From Carpediemonas membranifera BICM (Eukaryota; Protista; Fornicata), in the NCBI GenBank assembly GCA_019828565.1, contig JAHDYR010000003.1, positions 248,001 to 312,000 on the forward strand: a DNA stretch of 64,000 nucleotides, given 5' to 3'. Of this stretch, positions 10,101 to 20,685 are shown in pieces; the first letter of the stretch is position 1; each line of letters opens with the position of its first letter. Below the pieces are notes generated by a model. The model had not been told where the DNA came from and searched no databases. It worked only from the letters and a program-made list of their open reading frames with translations. The translations under genes were made by a program, and so were the position numbers.

Positions 10101-12036
10101 GTCATGACATGTCACATTTATCCGCATATGTACACTACTGCTGTCGTCTCTTGTATACATCGAGTGTCCGCGCGCTGGCGTCCGTCGCCTGGACGAACCT
10201 GGGCATCCAGAAGTACGGCAGCGTTGTCGCATGGTGCTCGCCGTAGACCCGCTGGAACAGTGCCCGGTAGTGGCGCTGCTCGGCCGTCGCGGGCCTCATG
10301 TGGGGCGAGGTGACGATCTCAGAATCCTGGACCGTATCCTGGATGACCTGGAACCAGGCCCGCTTCGTGCTGCTGACGCCGTCGCTGAATGCCTCCTTGG
10401 TGCGCCACAGCACCGCCTTGGGCAGGACGCCGAGGTCGGCGAAGGCGGATCGGAGCAGCCACTTCTCGCACTGCCCGTGTATCGCGTGACAGCGGACGGT
10501 CCTGGCGATCGTCAGGTACGTGCGCACGAACTCCTTGTCGAGGAACGGCGTGCGGGCCTCGAGCCCCTGGGAGGCGATGGTCCTGTCCGAACGGAGGACG
10601 TCGAAGAAGTGGATGTCGCCCAGCAGGCGCCGGCACTCCGCGTCGAAGGCGTCGGGCGTCGGGGCGCAGTGGAAGTACATGTAGCCGCCCGTGACCTCGT
10701 CGGACCCGTCGCCGTTGAAGATGACCTTCGCCTCGCTGTGCTCGCTGATGTACTTCGACACGAGGTAGTTGCCGACGCTGGCGCGCACGGTCGTCGTGTC
10801 GAAGCTCTCAATCGCCCCGGCAACGTCCGGGATGGCAGCCAGGAAGTCAGCCTCGGAGACAATCACCTCGGTGTGCGTCGTCCCGAGGTGGTCGGCGACC
10901 ATGCGCGCGTACTTGAGGTCAACCGAGCCCGGCATCCCGATGCTGTAGGTCTCGAGGCGGCCGGGGTCGTCTGGGCAGTAGAGCCGGCACACGAGCGCCG
11001 TGATGAGGCTGGAGTCAAGACCGCCGGAGAGGAGGCAGGCGATTGGGCGATCAGAAGTGTCGATGCGCTTCTGGACGGCAGCGATGAGCGTGCGGCGTAC
11101 AGAATCCATGGCCTGCTCGCTGGAGTGGATCTGCTCGGCCTCGGGCAGGCGGTGCCAGCGCTCGCGGCTGACCTCCTCCCAGCCGCCCTGCGAGAGGCGG
11201 AAGCTCGCCCACGTGCCGGGCGCGAACTGCTCGGCGTGGGCGGTGACGCCGAGGACCTTCTCCAGACCGGCGACCATCTTGAGCTCCGACGAGAAGCCGA
11301 CGCCGTCGGGCGTGCGGAACTCGAACATGGGTCGGACGCCGAAGGGGTCGCGGGCCGCGTAGAGGATGGGCTCAGTGCCGCGCATGTCCCAGATGTTGAG
11401 GGCGAAGACGCCGTCGAGCAGGGAGACCATCTTGGAGAAGCCGAGCTTGGCGTAGAGGTGGAGGATGACCTCGCAGTCGGAGTGCGTCGTCGTGGGCAGG
11501 TCGAACTGTTTGCGGAGCTGGCGGTAGTTGTAGATCTATGTGAGCGCGCTGGAGAGGACAAACTTCGCCGTTGCAGACCAGGCCGAGGCCCTCGGTGCGG
11601 AGGGGTTGGTGCGAGCCCTCATCGAGGCCGTTGATCGCGAGGCGGTGGAAGCCAACAAGGAGGGCGCCGGGGACCTCGTACGTCAGGGAATGGTACTCGG
11701 GGCCTCTCGCGGCGCCCAGCATGAAGGCGTTGTCGTAGATGGCCTTGTAGTCATCGCGGGACAGGGAGGTGCTCAGGAAAGAGAAGATGCCGCACATTTG
11801 GTGTTCGGACGGAAAGTGGCCTCGGGGAACCCGAAGTTGCATCTCCGATCCGAGAATGGCATCTCGCAGCGACCGCTGATCCTCCCCGGATCTGGAAGAG
11901 CGAATCTCGCGACATGCACTGAATGCGCATGCGAAAGGGGCCGTGGCATGCTCGCTGAACAATAGGTGTATCAGAGGTGCATTTTCGTCATCGCTGTCAA
12001 GATCCGCGCCCGTAAACTGCTCCGAGAGAGGCCGGG
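9983..12036 (-). repeat. 2054-bp inverted duplication of 43129-45182
   Basis: Paired coordinates sum to 55165 throughout; near-identical with a few substitutions. Confidence 0.95.
10135..11797 (-). CDS. ASNS: Asparagine synthetase (glutamine-hydrolysing), copy 1; intron 11536-11563
   Basis: N-terminal MCGIF, RGPE, FHRLAING, NGE|IYNY rejoined by a 28-nt intron, LLSGGLDSS, GDGSDE. Confidence 0.95.
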
Positions 12037-12220
12037 CAACGATGCGCTGACCGCTAGACAGCTAGACAACTGGACTGAGCCTGCCTACTGACAACATCAT
12101 TGCGCTAATTCTCTCGCGACGCATGCAGGCACAACTTGAACTAATTTTTGGAGAAAACGGATGTGTTGCTATGGCTCTTTATCCCACGATACTGTGCTTG
12201 AGACGTTCTCCTAGCGTCTT

Positions 12221-15200
12221 ATGGGACCGATAAAACGAGCGTGCACTTTAACCCCGAAAATCGGCTGCAGGTTGATGACGGGGTCTTCCGGCAACGAAAA
12301 CAGCGGAGGCAAAGCCCCGAGTAATATTAAGGTTATCGCTCGCTTCAGACCGCAGAACGACATGGAGGTCGCCAAGGGAGGCCACCGTTGCGTTGATATT
12401 GTGCGGAAGGACACCGTATGCCTTTCTGTGGGCGATATGCAGCATCAATTCAGCTTCGACAAGGTTCTCGATGAAGATGCCACTCAACAGGAGGTGTTCG
12501 ATGCCGCAGCGAAGGATGTTTTGGCTGACGTTTTGAAGGGGTATAATTCTACCATCTTCGCCTACGGCCAGACGGCTGCAGGCAAGACATACACAATGGA
12601 GGGCCCAGAGATCCACGATGACCATCTCCAAGGTGTCATAGCCCGCTCTGTGGCCACCATCTTTGACGAGCTTGAGGGAAGCACCAACCAAGACTGGTCC
12701 GTAACAGTCTCGATGCTAGAGATCTACATGGAGCGTATCAGGGACCTCCTGGACCTCAAGGACAACTTGGCCATCTACGAGTCAAGAACTGGGTCCGTGA
12801 ATGTCCCAGGAGCGACCGAGATTATCGTCTCCAGACGTGAAGAAGTCCTCGAACTCCTGAGAGAAGGCACCAGGAACCGTGCCATTGCTGCCAACAAGAT
12901 GAACGAGGCCTCCTCCCGCTCCCACTCCATCTTTTGCCTCACCATCGCCAGGAAAGACCTTATTACCCTGACCCAATCCGTGTCTAAGCTCTACCTCGTA
13001 GACCTGGCCGGATCAGAGAAGGTCACGAAGACTGAGGCCGAGGGGCTCCACCTTGAAGAAGCTAAGCGGATCAACCAGAGCCTGCTGTCCCTCGGCACTG
13101 TCGTTAATGCCCTCACGAGTGGCAAGAGCTCACATATTCCATATCGTAACAGCAAGCTGACCCGGGTGCTGCAGGAGAGTCTGGGTGGCAACAGTAGCAC
13201 CAGTCTCATCGTGTGCTGCTCCCCCTCCTCGTTCAACTCCCCGGAGACCCTGAGCACTCTCCAGTTTGCCCACAGAGCTAAGACAATCAAGAACAGGCCC
13301 GTGATCAACGAAGAGCTGACTCTTGAGGACATGCGCGAGCTCTTAGCTCAGGCAGAGAAGGAGGTCACGAGGCAGCGGCACCTCCTCGCATCCATGCGGG
13401 CCGGTGACGGTTCAGCCGCCTCATACTCCGACGCCGCCGTCCAGGTCGACTACGACGGCCCCTCTCTCCTCCGCTCCCCCATGACGGGCACTGCCGGTCG
13501 AGCTGATTCTGATGCTTTCAACTCGGCCCAAGCTGAGGTTGCACGACTCACAGACCTCGTGCAACAGCTGCAGCATCGGTATGCCCAGTCTCGGGCCCAG
13601 TCCATCTCTCGCCAGGCCGAGCTTCAGAGGACACTGGCTCGGTCTCAGCAAGAGAATGTCATTGGACTCGCACGGCTGAGGGAGCAGCTTTCAGACGAGA
13701 GGGCGGCTACAGAGCAGGCCAGGGAGGCGTCAGACGCGTTGGACAGGTTCGTTCAGATCAGGAAAGAAGCCCTGCGTCGCATCGAGTCCAACCCAGTCGG
13801 CGCAGTCGCCGAGATGGCCTCTGTCGGCTCAGACTCCCTCGAACCGCAGGCACCCACTCCCATACCGGGTCGTCCCATGCGTATGGTGCCCGGCTACCGC
13901 GACCTGACCGACGACTTAGACAGCACTCCCTTCCCTCTCCACGGCGCGGTTAGGCTGAGGTCTCCTGACGTTCTCAAGTCCATGCTGGACAAGCCCGGGC
14001 TCCGGCTCGATGACTTGGATGAGGCGGGTGACGCCGCACTTCATGTGTCGGCCAGGCTGAGCTCGGTCCAGTGCGCCCACGTCCTATTGTCCGCCGGGGC
14101 GGCCGTGGACGTCGCCAACAGCAGCGGCCAGACCCCTCTGGCTGTGGCGTGTGAGGCTAACCCCGCTCATGCGTCGGACATCATCCCTCTCTTGTTGTCA
14201 CACGGTGCCAGCATCAACGCTAAGGACGGCAAGGGCAGGACTCCCTTAATTACTGTATTTAAGCGGAGATCAGCCGGTTTGAGTGCCGGCCGACTCCTGC
14301 TCCAGACGAGCCTTGCGAACATTGTCACGGAGGTCTCCCCTGGCCAGTGGTCCTGGTCCCTACTGCATGAGGCAGTCAAGGAGGGTCTGCCCGACTGGGT
14401 CAATGAGCTGTGTGACGCCATGAATGACATCAACGGGGTCGACCTGGACGGCTACACCCCGCTCCACCAGGCGATCAGATACGGTCGACCGTCATGCGCC
14501 CTTGCCCTTCTCTCCCACGGTGCCGACCCCGACGCTGTATACGGTGACAGCGAGGGTAACGCCATGACTCTATCCGTGGAGTACCGTCAGATCGATATGA
14601 CATGCCTTCTCTTAGACCATGGCGCCCGGCCCAACCCGATGTTTGGGGACAAGCCGTTGCTCTCCCAGTGTGTCGTGGCTGGCCAATATCGATGGGTTGA
14701 CCTGCTGTTGGAGCATGGCGCCTCTGTAGCCGGTCCAGACTCCCCTGTGAAGGTGGCCTGTGAACTCGGTGACCTGACCGCCATCCAGCACCTTGTCACT
14801 GGTCTCGAGGCCCTCAGCCAGCAGGAGCGGGCGTCGTTATTCGATGTAGCAGCACCAGACCACCCTTTGCTCCGCTGCCTCGCTTCCCTCGACCCACGTG
14901 CGAAGGAGACCGTGGAGCTCCTTTGTATCCTCCAGGAACACGGTCTCGACATCGACACGAGGCTACCATTTACCACAGATGATCAGCCAAGATCCGGCAC
15001 GGCCCTACACTGCGCTGTGGCAGCAGACTCGGTCGACTGGGTGTGCACGCTGGTCGCCCTCGCCGCCTCTATCGACGCGCCTGACACCGAAGGCGACACG
15101 CCCATTCACCACGCCTTAAGGTGCACCACCGGCGATGTTCTTCAGACACTGATTTCCCACGGAGCAGACACCTCGGTCAAGAACTACGCCGACCAGACCC

Positions 15201-15748
15201 CCGCCGAGCTTGCACTGGCACTAGGCCGCTTCGACCTCCTCGCACAGCTAAAGACGGGAGCCGACATCGATGAAGCGAGAACAATCCTTGAAGTCGCCAT
15301 CATTGCTGACGACGCGCTTGGTCTCAGGGCAACCCTGTCGTCTGACGTTGCCCCGATACCTGATGTCAAAGCCACTCCGCCCATGTGGACTGGGGCGAAT
15401 TGTGACCGGCGCCGTGCGGAGATGTTCGCCCACCCCCTGCCCACAACTGGTATGCTGCCCCTGCAGCTGTGCTACGCGTACGACAGGTATCAGCTGGCCG
15501 AGCTGCTTCTATCTGAGTACAACGCTGACCCCGACTCGGCATCCATCACGGGCAACGGCACCCTCCTGCTCGATGCTGTGAGAACTGAGCGGGCAAAGTG
15601 GGTGGGCATGTTACTGGCCGCTGGAGCAAATCCGAGGGCGTCTGACAGCCGCGGGGTTACACCCCTCGCTGTTGCGGGCGTTAGTGGGAATCTTGAGCTC
15701 GTGCAAAGCTTCATTGAACACGGCGTACAGGTCCAAGAGATCGGATGA
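12221..15748 (+). CDS. Kinesin (kinesin-1-like motor) + coiled coil + ankyrin repeats; start 12221 or 12276
   Basis: RFRP, YGQTAAGKT, NEASSRSH, LVDLAGSE, HIPYRNSKLT; many G.TPLH/A ankyrin repeats in the C-terminal half. Confidence 0.9.
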   Translation: MGPIKRACTLTPKIGCRLMTGSSGNENSGGKAPSNIKVIARFRPQNDMEVAKGGHRCVDIVRKDTVCLSVGDMQHQFSFDKVLDEDATQQEVFDAAAKDVLADVLKGYNSTIFAYGQTAAGKTYTMEGPEIHDDHLQGVIARSVATIFDELEGSTNQDWSVTVSMLEIYMERIRDLLDLKDNLAIYESRTGSVNVPGATEIIVSRREEVLELLREGTRNRAIAANKMNEASSRSHSIFCLTIARKDLITLTQSVSKLYLVDLAGSEKVTKTEAEGLHLEEAKRINQSLLSLGTVVNALTSGKSSHIPYRNSKLTRVLQESLGGNSSTSLIVCCSPSSFNSPETLSTLQFAHRAKTIKNRPVINEELTLEDMRELLAQAEKEVTRQRHLLASMRAGDGSAASYSDAAVQVDYDGPSLLRSPMTGTAGRADSDAFNSAQAEVARLTDLVQQLQHRYAQSRAQSISRQAELQRTLARSQQENVIGLARLREQLSDERAATEQAREASDALDRFVQIRKEALRRIESNPVGAVAEMASVGSDSLEPQAPTPIPGRPMRMVPGYRDLTDDLDSTPFPLHGAVRLRSPDVLKSMLDKPGLRLDDLDEAGDAALHVSARLSSVQCAHVLLSAGAAVDVANSSGQTPLAVACEANPAHASDIIPLLLSHGASINAKDGKGRTPLITVFKRRSAGLSAGRLLLQTSLANIVTEVSPGQWSWSLLHEAVKEGLPDWVNELCDAMNDINGVDLDGYTPLHQAIRYGRPSCALALLSHGADPDAVYGDSEGNAMTLSVEYRQIDMTCLLLDHGARPNPMFGDKPLLSQCVVAGQYRWVDLLLEHGASVAGPDSPVKVACELGDLTAIQHLVTGLEALSQQERASLFDVAAPDHPLLRCLASLDPRAKETVELLCILQEHGLDIDTRLPFTTDDQPRSGTALHCAVAADSVDWVCTLVALAASIDAPDTEGDTPIHHALRCTTGDVLQTLISHGADTSVKNYADQTPAELALALGRFDLLAQLKTGADIDEARTILEVAIIADDALGLRATLSSDVAPIPDVKATPPMWTGANCDRRRAEMFAHPLPTTGMLPLQLCYAYDRYQLAELLLSEYNADPDSASITGNGTLLLDAVRTERAKWVGMLLAAGANPRASDSRGVTPLAVAGVSGNLELVQSFIEHGVQVQEIG

Positions 15749-15818
15749 GAATGCGGCATTGTAAAATTATCGTTTCGACGGGATTTGGAAACATGCGGTG
15801 ATCTGGTTGGGTCCACCA

Positions 15819-16031
15819 TTGTGCTGCGCAGGATTAGAATTGTTGAGTCCAAAACACACAGTGATCCAAGCAGCATCAGGATCGCAGTGTGGTTCATCAT
15901 ACTCTATCAATCGTGCGCAGCATATCACGCGCGCTGCAGCGCGTGCTTGCTCAACTTAGCAAGTTAATGACAGCGAGGAAGAGCACCTCTCTGGGAGTCG
16001 TAGTGGAAAGGAGATTGCTCTATCTGATCTG
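15819..16031 (-). ncRNA. Stand-alone copy of the putative Fanzor omegaRNA/right end
   Basis: Reverse complement of 37216-37427 with 2 substitutions and 1 indel; flanks unrelated; no nuclease ORF attached. Confidence 0.8.
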
Positions 16032-16051
16032 CTTACCTTACCTTACCTTAC
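16032..16051. repeat. (CTTAC)x4 microsatellite at the 5' junction of the omegaRNA copy
   Basis: cttaccttaccttaccttac immediately adjacent to 16031. Confidence 0.9.
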
Positions 16052-16103
16052 AGTCTACACTGCCATCGTGACATAAACTGCACCATGAGGCGAGGACGAC
16101 CTG

Positions 16104-17396
16104 ATGCAAACGGCGCAACCGACGCCTAGGCTTGACGTCTTGACGAACAGGGAGTTTCGTGGTGTTCATGTCTCTGATTCGATGCCCTCGATGATGCCAC
16201 ACACCTCATCCCCAGTGAGCAGGCGAAACAGAATCACCATCATCAGAGGGAAATGCGGTCTGATCTCCACATCGCATCTGAACGCTAATAGAGCAGGTAG
16301 CAGCATTTCTCTCCAATCTCGGCGGCTTCAGCCCTGTTCTGTGGCCTTCCCCCTGACAGCCTCCTTCACGTGCTTCCTGGGCACCTTAGACGACGAGACC
16401 ATCGCCAACCACGTCACTAACGCCGGCGGTCCAATCTATCCTGTGCGGAAATGCACCCGTGCGGTCACATCTCTCGTGGGGAACAAGGGAATCCCACTAG
16501 TGGTCGACCCTCGTCTCATAGAAGGATGCTACTCCGCGAACTTCATCATCCAGGCCCCACGGAGCACCACAGGGAATGACAGGGATTCCCCCGAGTACGA
16601 GAACATGCTGGGTACCGTGGTGGAGTTCCCTTGGGGTCTGTCACTCGTCATTGCTGGGCCAGACGGCATCATGGAAGCCGTCCACGTCCGACTGAAGGCG
16701 GTACATGACTCTGAGCTGTACCTCCGGAGCCACGCAGGGACGCCCATGGCCCTGTCTGACGTGCCCTTCGACCCAACCAACCCCGTTCACACCGCCCTCA
16801 TGGACCGTGTTTACGATGCTGTTTACAAGAAACCCGCACCCAGCCTGAGTCATGACTCGTGGGTCGACCTAGGGTTCCAGAGACCAAACCCGACGTCGGA
16901 TTTCAGGGGCGGGGGCATACTTGGCCTGCTGCAGCTTGTGTACGTGCTCGAGAGGTCCGAGGAGGCGGTGACTATGGTCGCCAAGGGCATGCGGGTCTTC
17001 GAGCAGGCTGTGCCTGTCCCCCTGTGTGCCATCGACATCGCCCATCGTCTGAGGGACTTCGCCCGAAGTGTAGCCGTGAAGAACAGCATCCTGGTGCGCC
17101 TGGCCAACAAGGTCGTCCGCATGGACGTAGAGGGCGAGCCCCAGGGCTTGTTCGACCTGCAATCCCTCCTATCCTCCAATGAGACATCAGAAGAAGACGT
17201 CGCCGCCGTCACTGACTCAGATGTGCTTTCATGCAGACCTGCGCTGCTCGAGGCCATGCTCCAGTTCGGCGCTGAGGTTGTTAACATGATCCTGGTCGAG
17301 TTTGAGACGTCTAATGCGACTATTCACCAGTACAACACCGTCCTGCAGAGTGTTATTGGAACCGTGACCAAGGAGGAGATCCCGGCAATGGTGTGA
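16104..17396 (+). CDS. ELMO-domain protein (ELMOD, Arf/Arl GAP family); start uncertain
   Basis: WVDLGFQRPNPTSDFRGGGILGL matches the ELMO signature W..lGFQ..dP.tDFRg.G.LgL. Confidence 0.85.
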   Translation: MQTAQPTPRLDVLTNREFRGVHVSDSMPSMMPHTSSPVSRRNRITIIRGKCGLISTSHLNANRAGSSISLQSRRLQPCSVAFPLTASFTCFLGTLDDETIANHVTNAGGPIYPVRKCTRAVTSLVGNKGIPLVVDPRLIEGCYSANFIIQAPRSTTGNDRDSPEYENMLGTVVEFPWGLSLVIAGPDGIMEAVHVRLKAVHDSELYLRSHAGTPMALSDVPFDPTNPVHTALMDRVYDAVYKKPAPSLSHDSWVDLGFQRPNPTSDFRGGGILGLLQLVYVLERSEEAVTMVAKGMRVFEQAVPVPLCAIDIAHRLRDFARSVAVKNSILVRLANKVVRMDVEGEPQGLFDLQSLLSSNETSEEDVAAVTDSDVLSCRPALLEAMLQFGAEVVNMILVEFETSNATIHQYNTVLQSVIGTVTKEEIPAMV

Positions 17397-17764
17397 GCAG
17401 TGTATTTACTTGTATTCAATAGGCTTCACGTGAAGACGAGTTCTTTATGAGGGTGACGTATAATATGCAGTAGTAAGATAAGTCAGACATTTGCTGGGGG
17501 TGAAGTGACATGCGAGGAGTCGCCTCAGATCAGATGGATACCATGCTTAAAGCAACGAGATCTCCAATCTTGCGTCGCCTCGCGCTTGGCCAGCAGTCCC
17601 GAGGCAGCTCTTGGAAGGGGTGGGTATCGTCGGCCACTTAAACTGCGGGAAACGACACTCTGTTCTAACCAGTGGCCAGGTGGCGCTAACGGGGTCGAGA
17701 TTGAACCGCAAATAACGGATCGGTCCCCTAATTTTCTCGGGCAAATTTCCCGATCGAACACGCT

Positions 17765-18481
17765 TTGCTCATGTCGTTTGTTTCGATCAATACATACCTC
17801 TCACGGAACAATGGAGGACCAATGTATGTTCCCAAAGAGGGCGCGGATAGTATGACGAACCTGATTTCTCAATTAACGACGCGGATGCAAAATATCGACA
17901 ATACAGCGCGTGTTGGCCAAACAAGCTCCACATGCCCGAATTGCCACAACCGATCGACCTCTCCTATCCACAAGCAAGCCCCTAGTTCGATTCTGCAATC
18001 ATACCCAAATCCGTCCATCGACGAAATCTCCGAAGCGTGCCAACGAGCCATCGCTCACAACAAGAGCAAGTATTCACAGCTCACAGACGAGGAATACCAG
18101 CCGTCAGCCTACTCTCACTCGATGCCGAGCGTCCTGCCGTCGGAACCGAGACCAGTCCCGACAAGCACACATCTCGACACCGCGCCAGTCCACACTCCGG
18201 TCAGGATAGCCAGTCAGCCGTACTCACGGCCACTAGACGAGCAGCGTGAGGCTGAGATGACGCTTGGTCGGACCCGGCCTAGCCTTCCCCCTGCCAGACA
18301 CAGGCCTGAGATCGTCATAAGTTTGGAAGACGCCCCACCAGCCTCCCGTCCCCCACCGAGAGCACGCACCCGCCCGCCACCTGTGGGTACGAGTGTGAAC
18401 TACAGACTGGCACAGGCGGCACTGCGGAGGGGGCAGCACCGGTATAGAGAGACACTGGACAAGATCAGGAAGCTGGGGTGA
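17765..18481 (+). CDS. Hypothetical low-complexity protein; start uncertain
   Basis: P/S/R-rich ORF; gtaaac-type 3' motif downstream. Confidence 0.5.
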   Translation: MLMSFVSINTYLSRNNGGPMYVPKEGADSMTNLISQLTTRMQNIDNTARVGQTSSTCPNCHNRSTSPIHKQAPSSILQSYPNPSIDEISEACQRAIAHNKSKYSQLTDEEYQPSAYSHSMPSVLPSEPRPVPTSTHLDTAPVHTPVRIASQPYSRPLDEQREAEMTLGRTRPSLPPARHRPEIVISLEDAPPASRPPPRARTRPPPVGTSVNYRLAQAALRRGQHRYRETLDKIRKLG

Positions 18482-18555
18482 GGGCGCGGGTAGATGTAGT
18501 AAACGACACTAGCGGGACTGGGGTGTTTCCATGAAAGAAGAGAGTTTACTGGTGT

Positions 18556-18930
18556 TCAGTTGCCGGAAGTCAGTCGCTCACGTTCCTTCTCGCGCTTCTG
18601 ATGCGCTGCTACGATCTGCTTCTCCTTCTTTTCCCTGAGAACGGCCGTCTTTTGGAGCACTGCTTTCATCCTGCTGTCAATATCAAGAATGGCTGTCTTG
18701 CAGCCTTGCGCGCGCTGCCTATACTCGGGTATCGATCTAAATAGCTTATCTAATCTCTCTAGCTTGGCATTCATGTCCTGTTGAGCGGTGGGGTTGTCAA
18801 TTTGTTTCTGAAGCTTCGAAAGTACCGCATCCTGTGCTTCTTTCAGCTCTGCGAGACGTTCACTCAAGCTCTCTGTGTGTGTTTTGTATGCATCGTGCGT
18901 CATATTCGTCAAGACCGAAGCATCAGCCAT
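18556..18930 (-). CDS. Small coiled-coil protein, Snapin/Pallidin (BLOC-1) family-like
   Basis: L..L...Q..l, 'IPEY..R......I..I..R...', basic C-terminal KEKQ..QKREKERERL reminiscent of pallidin. Confidence 0.5.
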   Translation of the reverse strand: MADASVLTNMTHDAYKTHTESLSERLAELKEAQDAVLSKLQKQIDNPTAQQDMNAKLERLDKLFRSIPEYRQRAQGCKTAILDIDSRMKAVLQKTAVLREKKEKQIVAAHQKREKERERLTSGN

Positions 18931-19125
18931 TTTGAGCGTCCTCGGCTGTGTTGTGCTCGCCGCCGCCAGAAAAAATCTGCAGACGAAGGGCGGCCGAGTG
19001 GGCTGTGTATTATGGGCCTAGGCGCTTCTAGCAGCCACGAAATGGCGACCCACCCTCACGTAAACGCGTAAATCGAAAAAAAGCTGCGAAATTCCCCATC
19101 AGCTCAGCGAAGTCCTGGTTCCACG

Positions 19126-20685
19126 ATGAGTGTTATTGACTCACCGAAGGCCACGGCGTCGAGAACACCATCAAGGAATCGTGCTCCAGTACGTGGACGA
19201 ACAGGGACCTTTGTACCGCAAAATACGGCGCAGTCGCCTTCTGTTCGGTCCAGAACGGCAGCAGCAACACCTAGCAAGCTCAGCATGTCATCAGCACAGC
19301 GTATATGGAAGAATTCATCCACGACGAACACCGAGGAGATCATAGAGCGGCTGGGAGGGATGGTGACCGACGAAACCCAGACCGAAATGACGATATCGTT
19401 CGGCGGACCTGGATCTGGGTCCGGGGCGCATACTGCCCGGCTCCCGACGCCCACATTTAGCGATAGCGAGAGCTCATCGTCGTCTTCCGCCTCCCCTTCG
19501 TCGCCCGGGTCGCCTGGGTCTGAGCGCATCAGTATCCTGCCCACAACACCGGATGCCAGGTCGCCAGTATCGCCTAGATTCAACAGCGTGATGCCTGGAT
19601 CACCATCTCGGTCCATGGTATCGATGCTGCCGCAAGTAACTCCACGCACTTCTGCAATTTCCATGTTTGGCCAGCCGAGTGAGAGGGCCCCCGAGCCGAG
19701 TCCCACGAAAGCAGCTAAGCCCTCTAGGATGCGGCGGGTGCCACCGTCAGACTCTCTGGGTATCACGCTGCCCACGCTCAACTCTGCAGCCCCCAGACTT
19801 CCTTCATCCGCCAGGTCCCCAGACAAAGTAGGCAGACCCTTCCCCAGCCCACAGCAGTCACCAGTGTTATCCAGACGCGACTCAAGACCCCCAAGGGCAC
19901 CTGGTAGCCCAGCCCAGCCGACTCCCACTGCTGAGCTCAGCAGCAGGGTCGGTGGTGCTGACTTCTCCGTTCAATCGGGGCCCAGGGTGTCTAGCCAGCT
20001 CGCCCAGTCAACACAAGCCCAGCCCACACCAGAGAAGCCCGCGACTGCAGAGATTGAGCCCAGCCCCTCCGTCGAAGTGGTGCTCTCTGCTCCTGACGAT
20101 GATATGAGCACGAAGGAGGAGGAGGAGGTCATCTCACCCACGCCCGAGCCGCCCAAGACCCCCGAGCCTGTGGAGAGCGAGCAGATCGTAATGGTCAATT
20201 TTCCTTTCATCAAGAGTCTCCGGCAGAATACTATTGATGAACTCAGAATCGACAAGAGATTGACTCCAATGGCTGCACGACTCACTGCTGCGGCCCTTGA
20301 AGATGCGGGGCGGCTGCAGAAACTTGTCTTCTCCCGCGACTGCTTGGGGGCCGAGACGGATGCTCTGTTCACTGCCTTGTCGACACACAAGGGCCTTAGG
20401 AACCTGTATCTCGGTCAGAACCAGATGAGCGACGTCGTTGTCGGGCGACTGGCTAAGAGTCTGGCTGAAAACCAGACAATCGCCGAGCTGAACCTTTATG
20501 ACAACGACATCACCACCGAGGGCGTCTTTTCTCTGCTCCCGTTCCTCATGGAGAACAGCAGCCTCAAGATGCTCAATCTTAGCTACAACAAGATCGACGG
20601 GGAGGGCGCCAGAAGTCTGAGTCAGGCGATGCGGCTGAATGTCGTCCCCGGCCGACGTGTGGTTCTGAAGGGTAATCCGATTTGA
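19126..20685 (+). CDS. S/P-rich protein with C-terminal RNI-like leucine-rich repeats
   Basis: LRNLYLGQNQM, IAELNLYDNDI, LKMLNLSYNKI repeats. Confidence 0.8.
   Translation: MSVIDSPKATASRTPSRNRAPVRGRTGTFVPQNTAQSPSVRSRTAAATPSKLSMSSAQRIWKNSSTTNTEEIIERLGGMVTDETQTEMTISFGGPGSGSGAHTARLPTPTFSDSESSSSSSASPSSPGSPGSERISILPTTPDARSPVSPRFNSVMPGSPSRSMVSMLPQVTPRTSAISMFGQPSERAPEPSPTKAAKPSRMRRVPPSDSLGITLPTLNSAAPRLPSSARSPDKVGRPFPSPQQSPVLSRRDSRPPRAPGSPAQPTPTAELSSRVGGADFSVQSGPRVSSQLAQSTQAQPTPEKPATAEIEPSPSVEVVLSAPDDDMSTKEEEEVISPTPEPPKTPEPVESEQIVMVNFPFIKSLRQNTIDELRIDKRLTPMAARLTAAALEDAGRLQKLVFSRDCLGAETDALFTALSTHKGLRNLYLGQNQMSDVVVGRLAKSLAENQTIAELNLYDNDITTEGVFSLLPFLMENSSLKMLNLSYNKIDGEGARSLSQAMRLNVVPGRRVVLKGNPI

Noticed and set aside
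12140-12155. AATTTTTGG Sm-site-like motif
   Set aside because: No U1/U2/U4/U5 hallmark sequences nearby
15814-16087. Possible 6-bp target-site duplication (ATGGTG on the minus strand) around the orphan omegaRNA plus ~50 nt
   Set aside because: Short match, with no equivalent duplication found at the Fanzor locus; likely chance
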